From a bacterium (GTDB lineage Bacteria; Cyanobacteriota; Vampirovibrionia; LMEP-6097): a stretch of DNA of 64,000 nucleotides. This document shows, piece by piece, positions 50,146-59,690 of this stretch. The stretch covers positions 48,519 through 112,518 of the forward strand of contig JAYQSH010000003.1 in assembly GCA_038146805.1 (NCBI GenBank). The letters are read 5' to 3'. The position numbers were made by a program, and so were the translations under genes. The stretch's first letter is position 1. Every line of letters begins with the position of its first letter. The notes under the pieces are model-generated. The model did no database searches. It was not told the origin of the DNA and saw only the letters and a list, made by a program, of their open reading frames with translations.

Positions 50146-51198
50146 ATGACTTTAACAGCACAAGAAATCATAGCAAAAAGTAGTTTTCAAAGCAAAGAAC
50201 TTATAGAAAAAATCCTAAGCGCAAAAAATGCAATAGTAACAGCGCACTTAAATCCAGATGGTGATACTTTAGGGTCAATGCTTGCAATCGCGCGAGTACT
50301 TGAACAAGCTGGGCTCACTGTATATAGAATTATGCATGACAAAGTGCCAGAGATTTATGAATTTTTTCCTGACCAAGAATTAGTGCTTTGCTCTTTAGAA
50401 CCAGAAGACCTAAAAAAAATCCCAACAGAAATTGATTTGAGCTTTAGTTTAGATTGCGGTTCTATTGCAAGACTTGGTTCAGCAGGTAATGTTTGGCAAA
50501 CAGCAAAAACAACAGTCAATATTGACCATCACCTTTCAAACCCACTTTACGCAGACTTAAACTGGGTTGATCCAAATGCAACATGTACTGGACAAGTTGT
50601 AAATGAATTGGCAAAAGCTTTAAGTAGCCATGGCAAAGAAATTATAATTGATAAAGAAATTGCAACTCTTTACTATATAACTTTACTTACTGATACAGGC
50701 GGATTCAGACACAGTAACACCACAAGCAAAGTTTTCACTTGGGCAGCTGAGCTTATCGAAAAAGGTGCAGAGCCAAGCAAAATTTACAACGGACTTTTTA
50801 ACCAAATTCCTTTTAGGGCAATCAAAATCATTGGTGATGCTTTAAACAAATTAACTTATGAAAAAATCCAACATAAATCTGGTCAAGAAATTAATATCGC
50901 TTACACCAATACCAACAGAGAAGATCTTGAAAAATTAAACGCCTCTGATGAAGACACAGACGAGATTGTAGACCATATAATGCGTATCAAAAAAATTGAT
51001 ATGTGCCTCTATCTTCGTGAAGATGATAAAGGTTCTTCTTACAAAGGTAGCTTGAGAAGTGCTTGTGACATTGACTGCAGCAAAATTGCAAGTCAACTCA
51101 ACGGCGGTGGACACGCTCGAGCAGCTGGATTTAACCCAGAAGCAAAAAGTTTTGCGGATTTAAAAGAAAAAGTTTTTGAACTTATCGCAAATTACTAG
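50146..51198 (+). CDS. nrnA: DHH/DHHA1 family phosphoesterase (NrnA-like oligoribonuclease/pAp phosphatase)
   Basis: HLNPDGDTLGS (DHH motif I), DHH at NIDHH, C-terminal GGGHARAAG (DHHA1). Confidence 0.75.
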   Translation: MTLTAQEIIAKSSFQSKELIEKILSAKNAIVTAHLNPDGDTLGSMLAIARVLEQAGLTVYRIMHDKVPEIYEFFPDQELVLCSLEPEDLKKIPTEIDLSFSLDCGSIARLGSAGNVWQTAKTTVNIDHHLSNPLYADLNWVDPNATCTGQVVNELAKALSSHGKEIIIDKEIATLYYITLLTDTGGFRHSNTTSKVFTWAAELIEKGAEPSKIYNGLFNQIPFRAIKIIGDALNKLTYEKIQHKSGQEINIAYTNTNREDLEKLNASDEDTDEIVDHIMRIKKIDMCLYLREDDKGSSYKGSLRSACDIDCSKIASQLNGGGHARAAGFNPEAKSFADLKEKVFELIANY

Positions 51199-51533
51199 AA
51201 CCCAGAAATACGATGACCAAATTCAGGTAACTGGTTAAGCGACTCAATTACAACTTCAGCTCGTTGTTCTTCGGACATCGAATCTAAAGTACGCCACATA
51301 TACTTAACCCACTCGGCTCGTTCACTATCAATGCAGTCTGCATTTTCAAACAAAAATTCCTCACAGGAATCATAACAACGATAATAATAAATAGAGGCAA
51401 TGGTATCAGCTATATAAGAATAAGTGTAATCCTCTTCTCGTGTATTCTCTCCGTAAACCTGACAGTATAATAAAAACTTCTCTAAAAGTTGCGATGAATC
51501 TAGAAATTCCTCGCCCTGATTTTTGCCAAACAT
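51195..51533 (-). CDS. hypothetical acidic protein (112 aa), GC content above local average
   Basis: ORF; composition outlier. Confidence 0.4.
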   Translation of the reverse strand: MFGKNQGEEFLDSSQLLEKFLLYCQVYGENTREEDYTYSYIADTIASIYYYRCYDSCEEFLFENADCIDSERAEWVKYMWRTLDSMSEEQRAEVVIESLNQLPEFGHRISGF

Positions 51534-51628
51534 CTTTCCCCCTCGTTTGCCCTTAACAAATGTCTTATTGACATCGTTGATTATTATTAGATTAAGAATT
51601 AAGGAAAACTCTTTTTAAAAGAGCTTTT

Positions 51629-52345
51629 TTAGCTATAAATCCTAGAAAACAAAACTATTGCAGCTGTTTCAGCCTTCAATAAACGTGATCCTAAACCTAC
51701 GGCAGTAAAATGCATTTCCCCCAAATCCTTCACCTCTTTGCTGGTTAAACCACCTTCTGGTCCAACCATAATTAATGTATCGGTCATTTTGGGGATATCT
51801 AAAGAAGAATTTTTTAATGAAAGCTCCTCATAAGCAAAATATTTATTAGGGATTTCCGAAGAAAACTGCAACTCACTAAAAGTTTTTATCTCATTATAAC
51901 GAGGTAAAACGGCTCCTGAACACTGTTCTACGGCTTCTTGTATTGTAATTAAGGCTTTTTCTTTTTGTTTTTGTATTGTTTCAAGGTATTTTTTTTGACT
52001 ACGCTCAAAATGAACTGGTTGAAATTCAGCCACACCCAGCTCAGTCAGCTTTCTTAACATCCAAAAATAATTTTCTGGTTTAATAATAGGGATATAAAAT
52101 TTAACAAAAAAATCCAGCTCACGTTTAGACTTGGATTTTTCAATAACTGTTAGAACTGCCTTAGAGCTTGTTAGTTCATTGATTTTTGCTTTATACACAA
52201 AAGAACTTGAATCAAAAAATTCTAATTCTTCTTGAGAATCTTTGTTGAGCCTTAAAACTTTGTTCATTTTGTGCAAGATATTTTTTTCAGTTATTTGAAA
52301 AACTGGTTCTTGAATATGGGATAAGAAAAATCTATAATTTCTCAT
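51629..52345 (-). CDS. rsmE: 16S rRNA (uracil1498-N3)-methyltransferase RsmE
   Basis: 238 aa; C-terminal SPOUT motif LIMVGPEGGLTSKEV...AETAAIV. Confidence 0.78.
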   Translation of the reverse strand: MRNYRFFLSHIQEPVFQITEKNILHKMNKVLRLNKDSQEELEFFDSSSFVYKAKINELTSSKAVLTVIEKSKSKRELDFFVKFYIPIIKPENYFWMLRKLTELGVAEFQPVHFERSQKKYLETIQKQKEKALITIQEAVEQCSGAVLPRYNEIKTFSELQFSSEIPNKYFAYEELSLKNSSLDIPKMTDTLIMVGPEGGLTSKEVKDLGEMHFTAVGLGSRLLKAETAAIVLFSRIYS

Positions 52346-52510
52346 AGAAAAATTATAGCTTTAACTTAGGTGCTGTTAAAAAATTTGGAGAACAAAGCTT
52401 TTTAGTGCCAAAAAAAGCTTCAGTTTACTCGTTGTAAATGATGATTTTGAGACCGCAGACTAGGGCAGTTATCGGGATTTGTTAACACTAGCTAAGTTAA
52501 TTTATTGAAT

Positions 52511-52544
52511 CATGAGACAAAATCAACACGGTCCGAAGTGTCTT
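52511..52544 (-). repeat. REP unit flanked by a 32-bp direct repeat (52465..52496 and 52545..52576)
   Basis: catgagacaaaatcaacacggtccgaagtgtctt; direct repeat gcagttatcgggatttgttaacactagctaag on both sides. Confidence 0.75.
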
Positions 52545-52623
52545 GCAGTTATCGGGATTTGTTAACACTAGCTAAGGACTCACTAAAGAACTATCTATTT
52601 CGTTATATAATAGTAAAAATATC

Positions 52624-53892
52624 ATGCTAGATATTAAACTTATTAGAAAAGACCCTGAATTTGTCAAAGCGCAAGTTGCAAGAAGAAATGCAGATTTAGT
52701 TGCTGAAATTGAAGCCTTAATTGAACTTGATCTTGAACATCGAAACGAATTACAAATAAAAGAAAATCTTGAAGCACAAAAAAATAAACTTTCAAAAGAA
52801 GTTGGCTTTAAAAAATCAAAAGGTGAAAATGCTGACTCGGAAATAACAGAGCTTAATGAAATCAAAGAAAAATTAAAAGCAATTGCTGACAAAGAACCTG
52901 AATTATTTGCAAAACAAAAAGCTATCCTAGAAAGAATTCCAAATTTACCAGCTTTAGAAATTCCAGATGGCAAAGACGAAGAAGCGAACCAAGAAGTTTA
53001 TAGAAATTTCCCAGCTAAAGAATTTTCTTTTGCAACAAAAGACCACGATGAAATTGGAAGAGAACTTGGACTTTTTGATTTTGAAAGAGGTGTCAAGATT
53101 GCAAAAAGCAGATTTACACTGCTTACTGGTTACGGTGCAAAGCTGGAAAGAGCTCTAATTAATTTTATGCTTGATCTAGCTACCCAAAATGGTTATAGCG
53201 AAATCATGCCACCAATTTTAGTAAACTCAGATTCACTTTATGGCACCGGTCAATTACCAAAATTTGCAGAAGATCTTTTTAAAGTGGCTGACTCAAATTT
53301 ATATTTGATTCCAACAGCAGAGGTACCTTTAACAAATATTTATCGAGATGAAATTTTATCAAGCGATCAATTGCCAATGCACTTGTGTGCTTATACGCCA
53401 AACTTTCGCTCAGAAGCTGGGGCTGCCTCAAAAGACACTAGAGGTATTATTCGCCAACACCAATTTAATAAAGTTGAGCTGGTAACAATTTGTAGTCCAG
53501 AACAAAGTGCAGAACTTCATGAAAAATTAACGCAAAACGCTGAAGCAATACTGCAAGCATTGGCTTTGCCGTATCGCAAAATGTTACTCTGTGCAGGTGA
53601 CATGGGTTTTTCAGCACATAAATGTTATGACCTAGAAGTTTGGTTTGCGGGACAAGGCAAATATAGAGAGATTTCGTCTTGCTCAAATTTTGCTGATTTT
53701 CAAGCGCGCAGAGCGCAAATCCGCTTTAAACGTGATGCAAAAGCAAAAGCCGAATTGGTGCATACAATAAATGGTTCAGGGCTTGCTGTTGGCAGAACTC
53801 TTGCAGCAATTCTAGAATACTACCAAAACGAAGATGGCAGTGTTACAGTCCCCGAAGTTTTAAGAGCCTACGGACTTCCTGAAAAACTATAA
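52624..53892 (+). CDS. serS: seryl-tRNA synthetase
   Basis: N-terminal coiled-coil arm then class II core (..FRSEAGAASKDTRGIIRQHQFNKVE.. motif 2, ..GSGLAVGRTLAAILE.. motif 3). Confidence 0.95.
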   Translation: MLDIKLIRKDPEFVKAQVARRNADLVAEIEALIELDLEHRNELQIKENLEAQKNKLSKEVGFKKSKGENADSEITELNEIKEKLKAIADKEPELFAKQKAILERIPNLPALEIPDGKDEEANQEVYRNFPAKEFSFATKDHDEIGRELGLFDFERGVKIAKSRFTLLTGYGAKLERALINFMLDLATQNGYSEIMPPILVNSDSLYGTGQLPKFAEDLFKVADSNLYLIPTAEVPLTNIYRDEILSSDQLPMHLCAYTPNFRSEAGAASKDTRGIIRQHQFNKVELVTICSPEQSAELHEKLTQNAEAILQALALPYRKMLLCAGDMGFSAHKCYDLEVWFAGQGKYREISSCSNFADFQARRAQIRFKRDAKAKAELVHTINGSGLAVGRTLAAILEYYQNEDGSVTVPEVLRAYGLPEKL

Positions 53893-53962
53893 GACACTTC
53901 GGACCGTGTCATTTTTGTCTCATTTATAAGACACTTCGGACCGTGTCATTTTTGTCTCATTT
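53890..53962 (+). repeat. REP doublet (two tandem 36-bp units taagacacttcggaccgtgtcatttttgtctcattta)
   Basis: Overlaps the serS stop codon. Confidence 0.8.
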
Positions 53963-53970
53963 ATGATTTT

Positions 53971-54152
53971 TAAACTGATGCTCTAAACTCCACCTGAATC
54001 TTATAAAAGCCTTTAAAACAATGATATTTTAAGACTTTTTTGATTCATATAGCGCCACGCTGTAAATACAAAATAAAATTGTCAAAAGTCTTTTAGTTAT
54101 ATAGGTTTTTTGAAGATTTATATTTCCAGGTGGAGTTTAGAGCATCAGTTAG
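53971..54152. mobile_element. MITE (~182 bp) with IS1-family TIRs
   Basis: Nearly identical to the copy at 20374..20555. Confidence 0.85.
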
Positions 54153-54167
54153 TATGATTTTTAGCAA

Positions 54168-55298
54168 TTATCGCTGTGACCTATACCAATATGTAATCAT
54201 GGCTAAAAAACCTAAGATAAAATTTGGCATCCAAACTGCAAGCACAGGAGTAATTTTTCCAGATTGTCCAAAAGAATCAAACACAGTTTGAGACATATAA
54301 AAAACAAAAACAATTAAACCCAATAAAATATAACCCCAATTGATAGCACGTCGTCTTCCAGTTATGCCTAAACAAGCACCAATAATTGCAAGTAAAATGC
54401 AGGCAAAAGGATAAGCATACTTATTAAAATACTTTGTTCTAAATTCATTTAATTTATCAGTATAAATATTGCCCTGCTCATGACTTTGAATAAACTTTCT
54501 TAACTCCAAGAAATTCATATCACGTACATTAGACATCTCTTGCAAAATATCATTTGGATTTAAACTACTTGGTATTAAAGTCTCTTTAAAATTTGTAATC
54601 AAATGTTGAGAATCAGTCTCCATATTGGTTTCATCAGAATTTTTTATATAGCTACTACTTCCCTCGTACAAAATCCAGCCACCACGCTTGGCATCCCATT
54701 CGCCTTTCTTTGCTGTATGAATCATTGCAACTTGTTTTTGAGAAAAATCTAAAATAACTACATCTTTCAAATAATCATTTTTAAATCTTCTTACATAAAA
54801 AATTCTTTTTGTAGCATCGTTAGAATCTTTTTCAAAATAACTAAAACCATGTACACCTTTTGTAGCAATAGGATTTTTATATAATGAAAGCATATAAACC
54901 TTTTGGGCAAAGGGATTAGAAAAAGGAACAATGAACTCAGTCAAAAGAAAACAAAGCAACAAACCCAAGCAACCCAAATAAAAAACCGGACGCATTAAAT
55001 TTTTAAAGCTTAAGCCCGCCGCACGCATAGCAATGATTTCAGATTGAGATGATAATTTTTGAAAAGTCAAAAAAGTTGCAAGTAAAATACTGATCGGAAT
55101 TGTCACAGCAAGAATTTGGGGGATTTCCAAACCCAAAATCACAATCCCTGTAGAAAAAGGGGCACCCGATTTTGCGAGTAATTTGAAAACTTCCTTGAAT
55201 TTATCTATACCAAGCCAAACACCCGTAATTATTCCGGCTCCACTTACCAATGGTAACCAAAATTCACTTAGAATATATTTATCGATCTTTTGTAACAT
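54168..55298 (-). CDS. LptF/LptG family lipopolysaccharide export permease
   Basis: 376 aa, YjgP/YjgQ topology: 3 TM, periplasmic beta-jellyroll, 3 TM. Confidence 0.78.
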   Translation of the reverse strand: MLQKIDKYILSEFWLPLVSGAGIITGVWLGIDKFKEVFKLLAKSGAPFSTGIVILGLEIPQILAVTIPISILLATFLTFQKLSSQSEIIAMRAAGLSFKNLMRPVFYLGCLGLLLCFLLTEFIVPFSNPFAQKVYMLSLYKNPIATKGVHGFSYFEKDSNDATKRIFYVRRFKNDYLKDVVILDFSQKQVAMIHTAKKGEWDAKRGGWILYEGSSSYIKNSDETNMETDSQHLITNFKETLIPSSLNPNDILQEMSNVRDMNFLELRKFIQSHEQGNIYTDKLNEFRTKYFNKYAYPFACILLAIIGACLGITGRRRAINWGYILLGLIVFVFYMSQTVFDSFGQSGKITPVLAVWMPNFILGFLAMITYWYRSQR

Positions 55299-55374
55299 TA
55301 AGCAGGTACTATTTTAACATTCAGAAACTGATGACCTAAATCAGCCTTTGCTTACGCCTCGGGTAAGATAAGAG

Positions 55375-55408
55375 GTGAGACAAATTTAACACGGTCCGAA
55401 GTGTCTTA
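55375..55408 (-). repeat. REP unit
   Basis: gagacaaatttaacacggtccgaagtgtctta; preceded by a degenerate IS-TIR-like fragment aactgatgacctaaatcagcc. Confidence 0.7.
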
Positions 55409-56149
55409 AATATTGATTGTGACGGGAGCTTCTTTTGAAATTGCAATTAAAAGAGACCTTATTGCGGCAATCATTTCAATTTCAGTTTCAAGTTTATTGA
55501 CATACTTACCAACACCAATGCCATTAGCACCAGAAGCTATCGCAAGTTTTGCAGTATCAGGAGTGATACCTGAAGCTGTTAGTAAAAATGTGTTTTCTAA
55601 TACTCTTGCAATTTCAATTGTGTTAGCAAGTGTAAGTTTTACTTTTTCGATTTGCCCAAGCGCAGCAGCAGAATTTGCTTCAACCAAAGACGCACCCTCC
55701 GTTTGAATAATATCAATTCCAAGCAACTCTAATTTTTGAGCTAATTCTACTTGATCCTTAACAGATAAATGACCCGGAACTGTAATAGATACTAACGCAT
55801 TAGGTCTAAAATTTATAATCTCAACAGCTAAACTATAAATCTCATCAGCACTATAAAAAATTCCTTGTTTGTGCAAAGCTTCATAATTACCAAGTTCAAG
55901 AACTGCAACACCTAAATCATCAGCTGCTTTTAATTTTTTTACGTCGACAGAAGAAACACACAAATTTATAGTGAATTCTTCTTTGAGTTTTTCAATAATA
56001 GCTGCATCATCACAGATGTCAACTAAGTCAGCACCAGCAATTTGAGCACTTTGAACAATTTTTCTAACTTTTTGATAATCATAGTTATCAATACCAGAAA
56101 TAACTTTAAGTAATTTATTTCTATCTAACAAATCTATTAAATCTCTCAT
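55406..56149 (-). CDS. TIM-barrel fold protein of unknown function (247 aa)
   Basis: Alternating beta-alpha pattern with Gly-rich phosphate-binding-like C-terminal turns (ASGANGIGVG); no secure family assignment. Confidence 0.5.
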   Translation of the reverse strand: MRDLIDLLDRNKLLKVISGIDNYDYQKVRKIVQSAQIAGADLVDICDDAAIIEKLKEEFTINLCVSSVDVKKLKAADDLGVAVLELGNYEALHKQGIFYSADEIYSLAVEIINFRPNALVSITVPGHLSVKDQVELAQKLELLGIDIIQTEGASLVEANSAAALGQIEKVKLTLANTIEIARVLENTFLLTASGITPDTAKLAIASGANGIGVGKYVNKLETEIEMIAAIRSLLIAISKEAPVTINI

Positions 56150-56197
56150 GATTATATTTTACAATGCTTCAAAAAAAGCACTGTTAAATGAAATTTA

Positions 56198-56382
56198 TAA
56201 ACTGATGCCCTAAACTCCACCTGAAAATAAAATCAATAAAAAAAACCCTACAATACCTGAATTTAAGGGACTTTTATTTTGTAATTACACAACCCCCCCA
56301 ACTATCTTCTAAATAAACTCTGTAAAACTCTTTATTTTCAATAGTTTTCAACTATTTAGGTGGAGTTTAGGGCAGCAGTTTG
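56198..56382. mobile_element. MITE (~185 bp) with slightly diverged IS1-family TIRs
   Basis: taaactgatgccctaaactccacctg ... taggtggagtttagggcagcagtttg. Confidence 0.8.
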
Positions 56383-56458
56383 AGAGATTCATCTTTTTTT
56401 CCTAAAAATAGATCTTTTATGAGGGCATCCCCTTTGAAAATTATGCGCTCCTTAAGCA

Positions 56459-57691
56459 ATGCTTAACTTTAGAAAACTATTCTATATAAGTAGGGCAATT
56501 AAGTTTTTTATGACTGATATTACTAACATTCAACAAAGAGTAGACTTTTCAAATACTAAATTTCAAAGCTATTTGAAAAATTTAGTTGGCCTAGGAAAAG
56601 CAAGAGCGACACAAGAAGAAATTCAACTTTTTGACCTTTTAGATTCATACACCGACGACAATAAATTAGAACTCAATGAAATTAGAGATATTATTGACAA
56701 TTTAAAAAACCTAGATATCAATCAACTTGTTAGGCAAGGAATAATTAATGTTAACGAAGAAACAAATAAAATTGAAGTTTCAAGTAACAATGTTGACATT
56801 AATGCAGATGGCAGGATCAATACAAATGATAAAGATGCACTTGAATATGTATTAAATTTTGCAGATGCCGGTTTAGATGATTTGCTAGGCATTATTGGTG
56901 ATAAGAGTGCTATAAACAACTACTTAATAGAGAAATGGGCAAAGGAAAAAGGCATAGAAGAAAACGCCTCAATAATCAGTCATTTCAAGGAATACGCAAA
57001 CGGTGAGCGCAAAACAAATATCAATAACTTAAAAACACTTTTTGAAATTTACAATTCTGGAATTGGACAAGAAGATCATAATGACTTAAATGCATATTTA
57101 AGCTTGATAGAAAATCAAGTTGCCACAAGAGTTATAAACTCTTTGGTGAAATTTGAAAATTCAGAAAGTTTTCTAGATGGACTTAATGAAGATACCAGTA
57201 AAAAACAGCTTAGAGAAAATATTGCAGCAGCAATACTAGACTCAAACAATGACCCAGAAAGAACTTCAATAATCACAAGTGCAATTGTTAGAAAAAAAAT
57301 ATCTCTTGTAGATGAAGATTTAACAGGCAAAAATATCTTAGATTTCATCAATAATACTAAAGAAGATAGCAAAAACGCTATAACAATGATGAGAATTTCT
57401 CAAATAGTTAGAAAGCTCAAACTTACAAACGATGAAGCTCAAGACCTCGAAGCTAAATTAATTGAATATTTCAACAGCAAAAAATATACTGTAGCAGCAT
57501 TAATTAACTTAACAAAACTATACCAACGTTTAAAACCAATACATGGCGGAAATACACTCGATGCCCTTGAGATATATGCTCCTGCATTAAAAGACTTTGA
57601 AGCAAACAAAAGCTCTAATCTAAAATACTTAGCTTACTTAGTCAAACTTGAAGAAAAATTTGGCTCTGAAATAAGAGAAGGTGACCCCTAG
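56459..57691 (+). CDS. hypothetical N/K/E-rich protein (410 aa) with a dockerin/EF-hand-like Ca-binding loop
   Basis: DINADGRINTNDKDALEYVL at about 56797..56865 matches the DxNxDGxIxxxD loop. Confidence 0.55.
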   Translation: MLNFRKLFYISRAIKFFMTDITNIQQRVDFSNTKFQSYLKNLVGLGKARATQEEIQLFDLLDSYTDDNKLELNEIRDIIDNLKNLDINQLVRQGIINVNEETNKIEVSSNNVDINADGRINTNDKDALEYVLNFADAGLDDLLGIIGDKSAINNYLIEKWAKEKGIEENASIISHFKEYANGERKTNINNLKTLFEIYNSGIGQEDHNDLNAYLSLIENQVATRVINSLVKFENSESFLDGLNEDTSKKQLRENIAAAILDSNNDPERTSIITSAIVRKKISLVDEDLTGKNILDFINNTKEDSKNAITMMRISQIVRKLKLTNDEAQDLEAKLIEYFNSKKYTVAALINLTKLYQRLKPIHGGNTLDALEIYAPALKDFEANKSSNLKYLAYLVKLEEKFGSEIREGDP

Positions 57692-59690
57692 TCAATTAGA
57701 GAATTACATCAATCTAGTAACACAAACGGTTGAAATGAAACCAAGTATTGAGACACAAGAAAATGCAAGAGCCTTACCATTCTTCTTAAAAGCTCTAAAG
57801 AAAATGGAAAATCCAATCACAAAAGAAAAAATAGAAACACTTAATCAATTAGATACGTTTATAAGTTTAGTAAAACAAGAAAATGGCTATGAAAATGAAC
57901 TACTAAGAGTAAATGGTTTAGCAGGCACTGACATACTTACAGAACTTAATAAAAATGATGATTTTTCAACTAACAATAAAATTTCAATAATTAATTTTTT
58001 AATTAAAAATAAAGACGCTGATATCACTGAAGACAGATTAACAGAGGCTGCAACAGCAATGGCAAAGGGAGCTTCTGGAAATGAAATCAAAGCCTTAATG
58101 AAATACTACAAAGAAAGTGATGAAATGACAGCTGATGACTATAAAGTTTTCACAGAAGTATTTAGTAGTGATGATAAAGAAAAAAGAACTATTCTTGCAA
58201 GAACATTAGGTAGTGGAATAATACCTTATACAAACTTTACAGCTGAAGAAGTTGGTATAACAGAAATCAAAAACACGCTAGCGAAACTCAGTGAAGAAAA
58301 TGGATATACAAGATTTAGAATAGAAGATATAGCTCGCAAAAATGGTTTTGATGAAGAAACAACTCCAGAAAGTTTTAATAACTACGTAACAACTTTAATG
58401 TCTTGGAATGTTGATAACAACTTAGATCTCAAAACTATAAACAAACTAGCAACATTTACCAAAAAAAATTCCTATGAAATTGAATCTACGCAAGTTTATG
58501 CAGATGCCTATCATAATGGTTTAGAGTCAAAATATATAGCATCACTAATGGAATTAGAATCTCGAGAAGACTTTGATGTATTTGATGCAGAGAGAGACGA
58601 AACTATTAATAACTATATTTCAATATACACAAACGAAAATACATCTGAACTTAATTTGAAGAAATCGGAATTTTTATTTAAAAGTATTAAATCAAATAAA
58701 ATTTTCTATCTTGAAGATAACGAACAAATACTAAACACAGATAACCTAAATAATTTTTTAGATGGCATTGAAAGCGCTGATGATGCACTAAACATAGAAA
58801 GTGACCACTGGGCAAGAACTTTAGATATTGAAAATCCTAGTCTAAGGTATGATGATTTCAAAACAAAAATTGTTGATTTAAAAAACACAGGACTTGACAC
58901 TCAAAGCATAAGCAGTTCATTACGTTTTCTGAAAAATAATAAAGATATGCAAATCGATGATTTTGAAAAGCTCGCTCTTAGTCTTCATGAGAATCAAAAC
59001 AACTATAAAGCTTTACAGAGAATATACCAATTTAGCCAAAGCAACGACTATAATATTTCACACAAATTAGATGACTTCATAAGAATAATTGAAAATAAAC
59101 CATTAGCGGGAGAAGATGCTGAAAGTGTTGAAAGAGAAAAAACAATTTTAAACCAAATTCTGCGAAGTGAAGAGATTGAATTAACTGGAAAAGCTTTAAA
59201 CTCAGTTAATCTCGAAGACGCACTTGCAATTGCACGTAATGAAGAAAATTACAACAATGCTGAAATAGCAAAATTAGCAAGAGATTTAGGCTATAGAAAT
59301 AGCACCACACAATATGATAAATTTGAAGAATTTTTTCAAAGAAATTATACAAACAGAAACAAAAACGCAGCTAACATAGCAGATAAAGTAAATTCTAAAA
59401 CACTCAGACAATTAGCATATTTATATGACCAAGCAGCAGTCGCCTTTGACGATACAGACCCTAACTCACCATTTGAAAAACTCACTGAACTTGTAATCAA
59501 TCATGATTTAGATAAAAAAACAGTAAGGAATTTCAATAAATTTGTTGCCAATTATGGCTTAAGTTACTCTCAGCAACAAAGATACTTAGATATAATGATA
59601 GGCAATATAGGTACGGATGCACAAAAAGAATTTTTACTAGATAGCTTTGCTGACAACCGCATTCCGTTACTTGGAGTAAGATTATTTTAA
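57681..59690 (+). CDS. hypothetical N/K/E-rich protein (669 aa)
   Basis: Long ORF overlapping the upstream gene by 11 nt; no recognised motif. Confidence 0.6.
   Translation: MTPSQLENYINLVTQTVEMKPSIETQENARALPFFLKALKKMENPITKEKIETLNQLDTFISLVKQENGYENELLRVNGLAGTDILTELNKNDDFSTNNKISIINFLIKNKDADITEDRLTEAATAMAKGASGNEIKALMKYYKESDEMTADDYKVFTEVFSSDDKEKRTILARTLGSGIIPYTNFTAEEVGITEIKNTLAKLSEENGYTRFRIEDIARKNGFDEETTPESFNNYVTTLMSWNVDNNLDLKTINKLATFTKKNSYEIESTQVYADAYHNGLESKYIASLMELESREDFDVFDAERDETINNYISIYTNENTSELNLKKSEFLFKSIKSNKIFYLEDNEQILNTDNLNNFLDGIESADDALNIESDHWARTLDIENPSLRYDDFKTKIVDLKNTGLDTQSISSSLRFLKNNKDMQIDDFEKLALSLHENQNNYKALQRIYQFSQSNDYNISHKLDDFIRIIENKPLAGEDAESVEREKTILNQILRSEEIELTGKALNSVNLEDALAIARNEENYNNAEIAKLARDLGYRNSTTQYDKFEEFFQRNYTNRNKNAANIADKVNSKTLRQLAYLYDQAAVAFDDTDPNSPFEKLTELVINHDLDKKTVRNFNKFVANYGLSYSQQQRYLDIMIGNIGTDAQKEFLLDSFADNRIPLLGVRLF

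Noticed and set aside
20374-56382. Recurring 26-bp sequence ctaactgatgctctaaactccacctg (12 occurrences), which could superficially suggest a CRISPR array
   Set aside because: Occurrences come as inverted pairs about 130 bp apart forming discrete ~180-bp units scattered over 36 kb, not direct repeats with uniform spacers; they are the IS1-family terminal inverted repeats of MITEs
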